In this document: positions 49,981 to 62,271 of the stretch, piece by piece
Layout of the letters: each line of letters begins with the position of its first letter
Position numbering within the stretch: position 1 is the first letter of the stretch
DNA from: Mobula hypostoma
Taxonomy: Eukaryota
DNA: 64,000 nucleotides
Direction of reading: 5' to 3'
Assembly: GCF_963921235.1 (NCBI RefSeq)
Contig: NC_086097.1
Location: 109,060,001-109,124,000, forward strand
Translations under genes and position numbers: made by a program
The notes under the pieces: model-generated
Seen by the model: only the letters and a program-made list of their open reading frames with translations
What the model was told of the DNA's origin: nothing
Databases searched by the model: none

Positions 49981-51279
49981 TCAGTGAATATGTGAGAAAT
50001 ACAGATTAGGGTGAATGCGTGAATAGACGTTCTGACGTGAGGGATACAGAGATTGAAGAGTGAGTAATCAGTCCCTGAGTTTACAAGTGAACATGGATTC
50101 TGTTCCTAAGAATCTGCTTCAACGACTCCTCTACCACTGATGTGGGGCTCATTACTCTGTAGTTTTCAGGCTTATTCTTACTTCCTTTTTTGCAGCCAGG
50201 ATACTAATAAGTCATCCTCCAATCTTCTGGAACACCACCTTTGGTTTACAAAGACATAAAACTCTTCAGTAGTCTCCTTCCTTGATTCATAGAAACATAG
50301 AAACATAGAAAATAGGTGCAGGAGTAGGCCATTCGGCCCTTTGAGCCTGCACCGCCATTTATTATGATCATGGCTGATCATCCAACTCAGAACCCTGCCC
50401 CAGCCTTCCCTCCATACCCCCTGACCCCCCGTAGCCACAAGGGCCATATCTAACTCCCTCTTAAACATAGCCAATGAACTGGCCTCAACTGTTTCCTGTG
50501 GCAGAGAATTCCACAGATTCACCACTCTCTGTGTGAAGAAGATTCACTTAGAATCCTGGAATAGACCCAGTCAAGCCCTGGGGATTTATCAAAGTTCACA
50601 GTAAAATTATTATCAAAGTACATATATGTCACCATATATATCCTGACATTCACAGTAGTTACAAATAAATAGCATCAATGAAACACCGCACATGACAGAG
50701 ATGGACAAACAACCAATGTGTAAAAGACAACAAACAAGCCAAATATAAAAAAAAGAAAAAATACAGTAAAGAAGCAATAGATATTGAGAGCACGAGCTGC
50801 ATAGTCCTTAGGAATGAGTCTAGATTGTGAAATCAGTTCAGTGTTGGGGTGAGTGAAGTTATCCCTTCTGGTTGAAGAGCCATATGGTTAAGGACAAATG
50901 ACTGTTCTTGAACCAGGTGGTGTGAAACTTGAGTATCCTTTACTTTCCTCCTGATGGCAGAAATGAGAAGAGAGCATGGCCTGGATGGTGGGGGTACTTG
51001 ATGATGGATGCTGCTTTTGTGTGACAGCGTTCCTTGTAGATGTGCTCAGTGGTGGGGAGGGTTTTTCTGTGATGAACTAGGCTGTATCTACTACTTTTTT
51101 AGGTTTTTCTGTTCAAGGGCATCGTTGTTTCCATGCCAGGCTGTGATGTAACTAGTCAATATAGTCTCCACCACACATCTATAGAAGTTTGTCAAAGTTT
51201 TAGATGACATGCCAAATCTACACAAACTTCTAAGAAAGTACAGGTGCTGCCATATCTTCTTTGCAATGACAGTCATTGT

Positions 51280-52350
51280 ATTGAATTGAATTGACTATTT
51301 CTTACATCCTTCACATATGTTAGTAAAAAATCTTTACGTTACGTCTCCATCTGAATTTATAGTAATTTGTAATAAATAGTATGCACGACAGGACAGTCAA
51401 TATAACATAGAAATACAATTGTATCAGCGTGAATTAATCAGTCTGATGGCCTGGTGGAAGAAGCTGTCCCAGAGCCTGTTGGTTCTGGCTTTTATGCTGC
51501 GATACTGTTTCCCGGACAGCAGCAGCTGGAACAGTTTGTGGTTGGGGTGACTCAATCCCCCAATGATCCATCCGGCCCTTTTCACATATCTGCCACTATA
51601 AATGTCTTGAATAGTGGGAAGTTCACATCTACAGATGCACTGGGCTGTCCGCACCACTCTCTGCAGAATCCTGTGATTAAGGGAGGTACAGTTCCCACAC
51701 CAGCATGTGATGCAGCCAGTCAGGATGCTCTCAGTTGTGCCCTGTAGAATGTCCTTTGGATTTGGGGACTCATGCCGAACTTCTTCAATCATCTGAGATG
51801 AAAGAGGTGCTGCTGTGTTTTTTTCACCACACAGCCCGTACACACAGACCAAGTGACACCCCTGGTATGTGTATACTGAGGAACTTGAAGCTGTTCACCC
51901 TCTCAACCTCAGATCCATTAATGTCAATAGGGGCTAGACTGTCTCCATTCCTCCTGAAGTCCACAACTAGCTCCTTTGTTTTTGCGGCATTGAGGGAGAG
52001 GTTGTTTTCTTCACACCACTGTGTCAGGCAGATGACTTCTTCTCTGTAGGCTGCCTCATTATTATTTGAGATTAGGCCAATCAATGTAGTGTCATCGGCA
52101 ATTTTAATTAGCAGATTAGAGCTGTGGATGGCGACACAGTCATGGGTATACAGGGAGTAAAGGAGGGGGATTTAGTACACAGCCCTGAGGGGCTTCTGTG
52201 TTGAGGGTCAGAGGGACAGAGGTGAGGGAGCCCACTCTTACCACCTGCTGGTGATCTGACAGGAAGTCCAGGATCCAGCTGCACAAGGCAGGGTAAAGGC
52301 CGAGGTCTGTGAGCTTCTTGTCAAGCCTGGAGGGAATTATGGTGTTGAAT
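51280..52350 (-). mobile_element. Rex1/Babar LINE RT 3' half; adjacent older copy ~50590-51270(-), others ~38410-38770(+) and 44255-45000(-)
   Basis: FNTIIP..WILDFL..LNTEAPQGCVL, EAAYREEV..WCEENNLSLN..KTKELVVDFRR, ESILTGCITCW..SFFHQAIRLIN. (TTGAA)n tail. Confidence 0.85.
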
Positions 52351-53834
52351 ACTGAACAGTAGTCCAAGTTAAATAATAAACCTGAAGAAGTTAAAGTTGA
52401 TGACCCTGTCCACCTCTGATCTCCTGATGAGGACTGGGTCATGGACCTCTGGTTTCCCCCTCCTGTGGTCAATAGGTTCTTTAGTTTTTCCAATATTGTT
52501 GTGTTCCTTTTCTCACCTTGTTGCACATCTGGTGGCACTTTTACCATTTCTGTAGCACTTTGACTATATTTTTCACGTGGCTGAGTTGCTAGCTCGATGC
52601 TCAACCCAGCATGGATGGGAAGCGTGTGAGGAGACGTCCAAATTCAAACTCGGGATCATTTGCCTCGAAATCTGGATTGTCTTGTGACAGCATTGCAGGG
52701 CATATGCAATTAGGCCTTCTGCCTGCAGACTGGCCCATTGAAGTCCATTCAGCCTAGTTCTATGTGACTATAACAACACAGAAAGAGCAAAAGTGAGCTT
52801 CATGTAAGATTAGGTAAACAAATTGTAAGCACAGAGTTAATGGGCAGAAGGTCCTGTTTCTGTCCTAAACTTCTCTATTACTCTGTACAACCCTGACCAC
52901 GGTCAACCGTGTAGGTCATTAAAGCAATTTGACAATGCTTTTCCAATTACATGAATTACATTCACAACACTTTTCCAAAAGTTTTTTTTCAGTCAGCGAG
53001 ATGAAATCACTGAAAGTTATACTAACCACCTGGAGATGTAAATTTTAACTCTGTGAAAGAAAGTGATAAAGGAAATATGAAGAAGAAAGATAGAATATGG
53101 ATTTGGTATATAAATAGGTGGGGAAACAGAAGAGACTGATCAATCAGGGATCAGAAAGGAGACCTATACATGGGGAAAGGCTGAAATCTTTGGTATCTAC
53201 ATCCCCAAAGGAAGCGATGATGCCAAGACTCAGTAAAAAGTACATTGTGTGCAGATTGGAAGGGTGGAGGCTCTAAATAAAAAGTGTTTCAAATGTCAAG
53301 TTAAACCAAATGAAAGCAGGAGTAAACATATCACATGAGTTAGCCATAATCTTCCAATCTCCCTCAGATGTGGCAGTTACTAGAGAGCTGGAGAATAGCA
53401 TGTTCCATGCTTGTTCAAAGAGCAAGTGTAAGGACAATCCCATAAACCAGACAATTTAACCTTAATGGTGGAGAAACATTTAGAAATAATAATTAATGGA
53501 TTAAAAATTAATAGGCACTTGGAGAATTGATGAAGGAGAACCAGTACAGATTTTTTAAAAATGACAAAACTTTGCTTAGAGAAATATGAGTTATTTTTAT
53601 TAAGTTAGCAGAGGTAACGTAGTAGATATTGAGAAGATAGTTGGCAAAACTACTCATAAAGGGAATTACAGAACTGAAGCCCATGGATTAGTAACCAGTG
53701 AAGATAAGAAATTGGCTTAGGTAAGAAATTAGCAGAAAATCATGATAAATGCTTGCCTTTCTTACCAGCAGAATCATAACATTGATGTTTCCCAGGAGTC
53801 TGTTTGCCGATACTTCTGGTATACACCCAGTATA

Positions 53835-54345
53835 CAGGATGTACCTAATGAAGTGGTCACTTAGTGTATATATATCTGTGGTCTTCTGCTGCTGCAGCAC
53901 ATCAAGATTCTACATGTGTGTTCAGAGATGCTCTTCTGCACACCACCTTTGTAATGTGTGGTTATTTGAGTTACTGTCATCTTCTGTCAGCTTGAACTAG
54001 TCTGGCCATTCTTTGACCTCTTTCATTAACAAGGTGTTTTCACCCACAGAACTGCTGCTCGCTGGACATTGCTCTCATCACTGTTCTCTGTAATGTGTGA
54101 AAATCTCAGAAGATTGGCAGTTTATGAGATACTTAAACCACCCCATCTTACACCAACAAGCATTTCATGGTCAATGTCACTTCGATTACACTTCTTCCCC
54201 ATTCTGATGTTTGGTCTGGACAACAACTGAACCTCTTGATCATGTCTGCATGCTTTATGCTTTGAGCTACCTTCACTTGATTGGCTGATTAGATATTTGC
54301 ATTAATGAACAGGTGTACAGGTGTACCTAATGAAGTGGCCAATGA
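53835..54345 (-). mobile_element. Tc1-like transposon deletion derivative (N-terminal DNA-binding part of the transposase)
   Basis: Minus strand reads MGKKCNRSDIDH.. and RMARLVQADR..VTQITT. The terminal motif gtacctaatgaagtgg.ca occurs twice, in the same orientation (~53841 and ~54323). Confidence 0.7.
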
Positions 54346-54361
54346 TTTGATCACAGGCTTT

Positions 54362-54445
54362 AGAGAAGGGTCCCCAGCCCGGGGTCCATGGACCCCTTGC
54401 TTAATGGTTTGGGGCTTGGCATAAAGAAGGTTGGGAAGCCCTGCT
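54362..54445. mobile_element. Very short hAT-like MITE; second partial copy in the opposite orientation at ~11547-11615
   Basis: gggtccccagcc...ggttgggaagccctg termini. The two copies share the internal tttatgccat/ggacccc motifs. Confidence 0.5.
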
Positions 54446-56859
54446 CCACAGTGATATTTCCACATGTTAGATTGATATAAAGTTAGAAGTTTAGTAAATA
54501 GTGGGGAGTAAGCTACATACACGAGGTCAGAAAAGGGCTGGTAAAATATGGCAGAAGAAACTAAATGCAGAGATGTGTGAAATTGTACATTTTAGTAGAG
54601 AAAAGAAGAACAATAAATATAAGCCAAGTAGTGCTGTTCTAAAGAGAATGTGCAGTCCAGTTTCAGACCACAGATTTTGGTTTGGTAACAGAGTAATGCA
54701 TCACTCTCCTGCCTTCTATGGGGATCCCTGGGTCCTATTATTTTCCTTAGGCAGGGAACTCCAGTGCATGCATCGCTGATCAATTATACTCAATGACTGA
54801 TTGTCCAATAAACAAGAACAAGTGAAGAGGGTTCACCCCAAGCTGAAGTACCAGCACCAAAGCCCCCCCTTCCCTCATCTCTTGCTTAGTCAGCATATTC
54901 AGCAATACTTGGACAACCTGTCTGACAAAAAAATCGTTGCAGCATAGAAGGATTAGATTAGATTAGATTATGAGGACACGCAGTCCTCTTTTATTGTCAT
55001 TTAGTAATGCATGCATTAAGAAATGATACAATGTTCCTCCAGTGTGATATCACAGAAACACAAGACAGACCCAGACTGAAAAACTGACAAAAACCACATA
55101 ATTATAACATATAGTTACAACAGTGCAAGCAATACCATAATTTGATAAAGAACAGACCATGGGCACAGTAAAAAAAAGTCTCAAAGTCTCTCGAAAGTCC
55201 CATCATCTCACGCAGACGGTAGAAGGGAGAAACTCTCCCTGCTATGAGCTTCCAGCGCTGCAAACTTGCTGATGCAGCATTCTGGAAGCACCCGACCATA
55301 GACCGACTCTGAGTCCGTCCAAAAACTTCGAGTCTCCGACACCTAGAACGAGCATCATCTCTGCCAAGTGCTTCGACCCCAACCCAGCCGCCAGCATCAG
55401 GCAAAGTCGAGGATTTGGGGCCTTCCCCTCCGGAGATTCTTGATCACACAGTAGCAGCGACTGCGAAGCAGGCATTTCAGAAGTTTCTCCAGATGTTCCT
55501 CCGTGCTTCTCACGTCTGTCTCCATCAAATCAGAATTGTGCACGGTACTCTACTTGACAAATACAGATATCATTCACTGGAGAGCCCGCGCGCGCTGCGT
55601 CGTGCTGCCATCTTCTCCTCCCTCCACTTACCTGAGTGGTTCAGGTAATTATTTTTTATTTTCTTAGTAGATTCTTTTGGGTTTCTTGTTTTGTGGCTGC
55701 CTGTAAGGAGATGAAACTCAAGGTTGTATAATGTATACATACTTTGATAATAAATATACTTTGAACTTTGACCCCAACACTGATCTTTGGAGAATGCCAA
55801 TATTTATTTCCTTTGCCTTAAAAATAAACTTACTACCACACTGTTGATACTTGGCACCAAATGTGCGAAATTTATTTCCATAGTTGCACATGAACTGCCC
55901 TTGAGATTAAAGAAGATATTCATATTCTCGCTATTTCACTGCCTCCTTGCACAGAGTGTGCAAACTCCTTGCAATCCACATTCCACTTTGCTTAATTATC
56001 TCTGCTTGTGGAAAATATGACCAGTCCTGAGTAGAGAGGGTCAATTACTTCCCCATGCTGTGGTGAATAGCCAGTCGGGACTTGTGGTGTTGATGAAGCA
56101 CTGCAGCCTGGACTGATACAATAGGTAGGAAACACAGGCTGGCAATGACCTTCATCTTCATAGGTTAGAGGTGTCTAGGTAATGGCACATGGCTAATATC
56201 CTGCATTCAGATGTCACTGCTCTCTGTGGCCACTGACATAGTTAACTTTCTTATGAATGTACTGTTGCTCATGAGCAGAAGTGTGGCTCTATTCTTTTAG
56301 AATCTATTGGCATAAGGCCTCATTCACTCCTCTTACTGAGTGTGTGGACAACTCAGATTGCTTCTGATACAAATTCTACAGCACAGCTCAGGCAGCAGGC
56401 CAACCAAGAATGGCAGCCAACACCCTGGTAAAGGGGGAATAACTTGGTCCTCAGCCAAAGCGGCAGGTGGATGTATTTAGTCATCTCAGGGAGTCTCAAG
56501 TCCAGAATGCAACAGTAAATGCAACAATACTCCAAGCAATTACCTGATGGATGATGTCCAGCATTTGGATAGCAGTGCCAGATTTACTTCTGTGTATTGT
56601 GCAAAATGACTGTGTTTCTGCAATTTCAAATCCACTTGCAAAGGTACTCGTTACAGTTTTATTCTGGTGTACCTAGAATAGGTGCTTGCTGGAGATTCAT
56701 TTTAAATTCTCAGGAATCTGAAACCCTTCCTACACCAAGACTCTACCATACATTCCTTTGTCACATCCTCCAACTTTTACTGTCAATAAGGTCAAAGTTA
56801 TCGAGACATAAAATCCCTTCAGCGCACCATGACCATCAAGCACCTATGTGCTATAATCT

Positions 56860-59600
56860 TAAGACTATTAGACCATCAGATATAGGAGCAGAATGAGGCT
56901 ATTTGGCCCATCAAGTCTGCTCTGCTATTCAATCATGGCTGATCCTTTTTTCCCCTCCTCAGCCCCACTCCCTGTGATCTTAGTGCTGTGTCCAATCCAG
57001 AACTTATCAATCTCCACCTTAAATACACCCAACGATCTGACCTCCACAGCTGCCTGTGGTAACAAATTCCACAAATTCACCACCCTCTGGCTAAAGAAAT
57101 ATCTCCCCATCTCGGTTTAAATGGGCACTCCTTTATCCTAAGGCTGTGTCCTCTTGTGCTAGGTTCCCCCATCATAGGAAACATCCTCTCCATATCTACT
57201 CTGTCTAGGCCTTTCAACATTTGAAAGGTTTCAGTGAGATCAACCGCCATCCTTTTAAATCGCAATGAGTACAGACCCAGAGCCATCAAATGTTCGTCGT
57301 ATAATAACCCTTTTATTCCCAGAATCATCCTTGCGAATCTCCTCATAATCTTTTCCAATACCAACACATCTTTTCTTAGAAAATAAGCCCAAAACTGTTC
57401 ACAATACTCAAGTAAAGGCCTCACCAGTGCCTTATAATCCTCAACATCATATCCCTCCTCTTATGTCCTAGACCTCTTGAAAGGAATGCTACCATTGCAT
57501 TTGCCTTCCTTAACACCGACTCAACCTGCAAGTTAACCTTTAGGGTGTGCCGCACAAGGACTCCTAAGTCCCACTGCATCTCAGATTTTTGGATTTTCTC
57601 CCCATTAAAGTGCATGACCATGCATTTTCCAACATTGTATTTCATTTGCCACCTTTTTGCCCATTCTCCTAATCTGCCTAAGTCCTTCTGCAGCCTTTCT
57701 GTTTCCTCAACACTACTTGCCCCTCCACGAATCCTTGTATCATCTGCAAATTTGGCAACAAAGCTATCTATTCTATCATCTTAATCTTTGATATACTGCA
57801 TAAAAAGAAGCGGTCCCAACACCTACCCTTGTGGACCACCACTAGTCACTGGCAGCCTACCAGAAAAGGATCCTTTTATTCCCACTCGCTGCCTCCTACC
57901 AATCAGCCAATGTTCTAACCATGCCAGTAACTTTCCTGTAATACCATGGAATCTTAATTTGATAAGCAGCTTATATTTGACACCTTGTCTAAGGCCTTCT
58001 GAAAGTCCAAATATACAACATCCACTGCATTCCCTTTATCAATCCTACTTGTAATCTCCTCAAAGAATTCCAACAGGTGCGTCAGGCAGGATTTTCCCTT
58101 AAGGAAACCATGCTGACTTTGTCCTATCTTGTCTTGTCTCACCAAGTGCTCCATCACCTCATCCTTAACATTGACTCCATCATCTTCCCAACCACTGAGG
58201 TCAAGCTAACTGATCTATAATTTCCTTTCTGCTGCTGCCCTCCTTTCTTACAGAGTAGAATGACATTTGCAATTTTCCATGCCAGAGTCCAATGATTGTT
58301 TAAAGATCATTTCTAATGCCACCACAACCTCTACCGCTACCTCTTTCAGACCCTAGGTCCAGGTGAATTATGCACCTTTAGGTTTTTCAGCTTTTTGAGC
58401 ACCTTCTCCCTTGTAATAGTAACTGTACTCATTTCTCTTCCCTCACACCCTTCAACACCTGGCACACTGCTAGTGTTTTCCACAGTGAAGACTGATGCAA
58501 AATACTCATTTAGTTCTTCTGCCATCTTCTTTTGCTTTGTTATATGCCTTCTCTTTTGCTTCTACATTAACTTTGACTTCCCTTGTCAGCTACCGCTGTA
58601 CTATTTCACCATTTGAGTATTTCTTTGTTTATGGAATAAATCTATCCTGCACATTCCTCATTTTTCACACCATTGCTGCTCTGTTGTCATCCCTGCCAGA
58701 ATCTCCTTCCAACTTACTTTGGCCACGTCCTCTCATCCCACTGTAATTTCCTTTACTCCACTGAAATACTGCTACATCCAACTTTACTTTCTCCCTATCA
58801 AATTTCATGTTGAACTCTATCATATTGTGGTCACTACTTCCTTCACCTTAAGCTCCCTAATCGCCCCCAGTTCATTACATAACACCCAATCCAGTATAGC
58901 TGATCCCCTAGTGAGCTCAACGACAAAGCTGCTCTAATAAGCCATCTCGTAGGCATTCAACAAATGCCTAGGAGATTCATTACCAACTTGATTTTCCCAA
59001 TCTACATGCAGGTTAAGTCTCCCATGACTATCATAACAATGCTTTTTTGACATGCCTTTTCTATTTCCTGTTGCATTTTGTAGTCCACCTCCCAGTTATT
59101 GCTTGGAGGTCTGTATATAACTGCCATGAGGGTCCTTTTACCCTTGCAGTTTCTTAACACAACCCACAAGGATTCATCATCTTCCAATCCTATGATACAA
59201 CTTTTTAATGATTTGTTGCTATTCTTTATCAGCAGAGACATGCCACACATTCTGCCTACCTTCCTAACCCTCCATCACAATGTGTAACCTTGGACATTCA
59301 GCTGCCAACTACAGCCATCTTTCAGCCACAGTTCAGTGATAGCTGCAACATCATACCCAACAATCTGTAAAGGTGTAACAAGGTCATCCACCGTATTTCT
59401 TATACTCTGTGCATTGAGATATAACACTTTGAGTACTATATTTGCTACCCTTTTTGATTCTGCATCCCTAATGCACTGATACTAGCCTAGCTGGCTATAA
59501 TTTTGTCCTAACATCTGCTTGCATTTCCTCACTGCTTGACTGCACGTTATCTTTGCTTTTTAACATCCATCCTATCCTGAGTCCCTTCACTTCGGCTGTT
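56860..59600 (-). mobile_element. Decayed CR1 LINE ORF2 (APE+RT), closely related to 16226-20078
   Basis: Minus ORFs IYRPPS..GD, QHGFLKGKSCLT..DFQKALDKV, MKYNVGKCMVMHF and FFSQRVVNLWN. Confidence 0.9.
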
Positions 59601-60255
59601 ACATGAATTCCATTTATTTTTCAATGTTCTTGCCATGAACCTACATGAGGGGCAACTTAAAATAGTCAACTCACCAACCAAAATTTGGCATATATGAAGA
59701 AAGCAGAACACCCCAGGGGGAAACACTCAGTCACAGGGAGAAGTTGCAAACTCCAAAAACCCAGCAACCAAGGTCAGGATTGAACCTAGGGCTCTGTGAG
59801 GCAGAGGTGTTAACTGCTGCACCATTGGGTTGCCTAGAGTTTGCTATCATGGTGGTCTTCTATTTTTAGCCACCTCTCAAGCATCTGAAATTGTAATTTC
59901 TAGTCTTTAGCTCTATTGGGGTTATGTAGAATTACTGTAAGTTGAAACCTAATGTTGTTCAAATAAAATTCTTTCAAACTCTGTCAGATGTACTTGTCTT
60001 TTAAGATGAAACAAATTTAGATCCTCTCTGAGTAATTGTTTCAGCACACAGTGGCAGCTTTGTTATATGTTAAAATTCATCTACTGTTTTATAATTAGTT
60101 CAAATAATGGGTGGTGTTGGGGACTAAGGCAATTCCTTGATTAAAGGAATGGTTGACCTTTGGGAATGAATCGTGCCTGCAGTAGGATTTGAAATGTCAG
60201 GACAATTAGCTGGTTGTGAAAAGCTGCTGATAATTCTCTTTCATATTCTCCAAAG

Positions 60256-60357
60256 GGAATTTCGGACCCTGGTAATTGAAATGGTCTTAGCAACCGATAT
60301 GTCTTGCCACTTTCAACAAATCAAAGCTATGAAACATTCCTTGCTACAGCCAGAAGG
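60256..60357 (+). CDS. PDE1C: PDE1C exon H (102 nt)
   Basis: aag|G...GAAGG|gtgagt (AAG acceptor). EFRTLVIEMVLATDMSCHFQQIKAMKHSLLQPE. Phase matches exon G. Confidence 0.94.
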
Positions 60358-61316
60358 GTGAGTCATCATTTGGCAGAAGTTTCCACTCTCAGTCATTTTT
60401 AATAAGTTGTATTAATGCTAATATATGCTTTTTCTCTTTCATTTCTAGCTATAATTAAATAGATTAGCTTTATCGTATACGGCTGTCGCATCTCAGGGGC
60501 AGAGAAAATTTGTGTTCAATTTCTAAACTCAGATTTTAATTCAACATTTCCCTGGTGATAAATATGCATAGATTTCAGCTACTCCAGGGTACCCCGCTAC
60601 TAATTGCTGAACAGTGCCTCGAAAAGTGACAATGCTTCAGGAAACTTAACAAAACCACTCACACCTTATCATTACTTTACTCTAAGGTCTTAAATTTTGG
60701 AGTGAAGTATTCAACAATGGTCGGTAGTGTTAACCGTCAGAATGTTAATCTATAAAAATGGATGTTTTCTGATGCTTGCATTCCCTTCTTTCTACAATAT
60801 ATATTAACAAACATGCTATAAAATTTAATAAGATTTATGACATCATGCTTGAATTGCATGAGGAAGCAGAATGGACAAGTATCCACAATGAACAAATTTA
60901 ATGAAATCAATATGTTGAATGTGAACGACCTGCCTTGTATTGGGTGTTGTTGAACACAGTGCTTTGCCTTATTACATTGAGTTACCTTTGCATAAAAATT
61001 TCTCTGAACAAGAATATTCATTGCACAAGAATAAATGTACTCTAGAATAAATAATAAATCTTTATATTTGGGGACAATACATTCTGCAGTGTTAACTTGT
61101 GCTTTTTAAAACCCATAGAACTATTTGACACACATGTGGTCCCCCCCCCCAACAGGCTATTATGCCCTTCCACTGGGCTTCCCTATCTGACCCAGCCACA
61201 GCTCTCCAACACTTGACTGTGTCCTTCTGCACTGAGCCATTGTGTGGGCTGCACAAGCTTCAGTGCACCTACTGCACGTACTCCTGTAACCTAGAAGGTG
61301 CCAGTGGGCAGCATCT

Positions 61317-61450
61317 CCTCACGGACATCTTACTGAGCCGATCCTTCACGGACGTCTTGCCGTGCCGATCATCATGGACGTGTCGCCGTGCTGATCTCTC
61401 ACGGACATGTCGCCGTGCTGATCTCTCACGGACATCTCACCATGCCGGCA
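61317..61450. repeat. 27-bp tandem repeat, ~5 copies
   Basis: Unit TCTCACGGACATGTCGCCGTGCTGATC, seen as SRTCRRADL repeats in ORF 61162..61470. Confidence 0.9.
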
Positions 61451-61759
61451 GTCCAGCAAGTTTCGGGTAAACTACAGAGCGTCTTTCACTGAGTTGATGA
61501 TCCTCCAGCAGCAGCAGTCTTGATGGATGTAAAGAGCCCATAAAGCAAAGAGCCCTCTATTAAGCAGCAGCTAGGGATGAACTGGGTCACGGACCCTTGC
61601 ATCCTTCTCTATACCTTCTTTACAAACTCACAAACTCCAAAGAGAACGAAGTTTACTTTGAAGTTTTAAAAGTATGTTGAGTTACAAAGAGCTTTACAGT
61701 ATCAAACCTATATCAGCTTCCCTTTTTGACCATATGACTGTAAGATCTGAGGACTCCAT

Positions 61760-62257
61760 CAGTCAAGGTTGACCATGGAGATTGCATCCTAGCTGTCTAG
61801 CCTGGGCTGTACGATACTGAGAGCAACCTGTTGCCCATGTAGCAAGATCTCCCTCTCCACGCATCTGATGAACCCAAAGAAACAGCAGAGGTTGATACCG
61901 TTTGGTACCAGCAGTGTTGCAGGAATTGCCAGTTAGCACCGAACTCAAGGTAGGACTCCGCTGGGGACTCCAGCTCTCGATTTTTCCTTTGGGGTTTAAG
62001 CCTGAAGCCTTCCCCATGAGTGGGTATAGCCGCAAGTCAGTGGAAGTTTAAGATCAGAGTTTTCCTTGTCTTAGATGAGCTGCCAACCACAACTGCTTGA
62101 AGTGATGATTTAAGGACCCAGTAACCCACCTTTGCTCCTTCTCCTATCTGTAGAAACGTTTCTGTCAGGCTCAGTAGCTAAGCTACACGTGAAGGCCAGC
62201 AGCTGGACTTGGTTGTCAGAAGCTATATGAGGCGCACGCCATTGGAAGCATTTAATA
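61760..62257 (-). mobile_element. RTE-derived non-autonomous retroposon; related RTE-type elements at ~32170-32560(-) and ~48650-48900(+)
   Basis: Recognised RTE 5'UTR/3'-end motifs (ggttgtccattcccttc; gggctaacaaccctg; tggaggaccttcatt...cagtaagt). No ORF. Confidence 0.5.
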
Positions 62258-62271
62258 TTTTATATATATAG

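Noticed and set aside
61317..61450. CRISPR-like array
   Set aside because: Units are contiguous with no unique spacers, there are no cas genes, and the context is a vertebrate intron.
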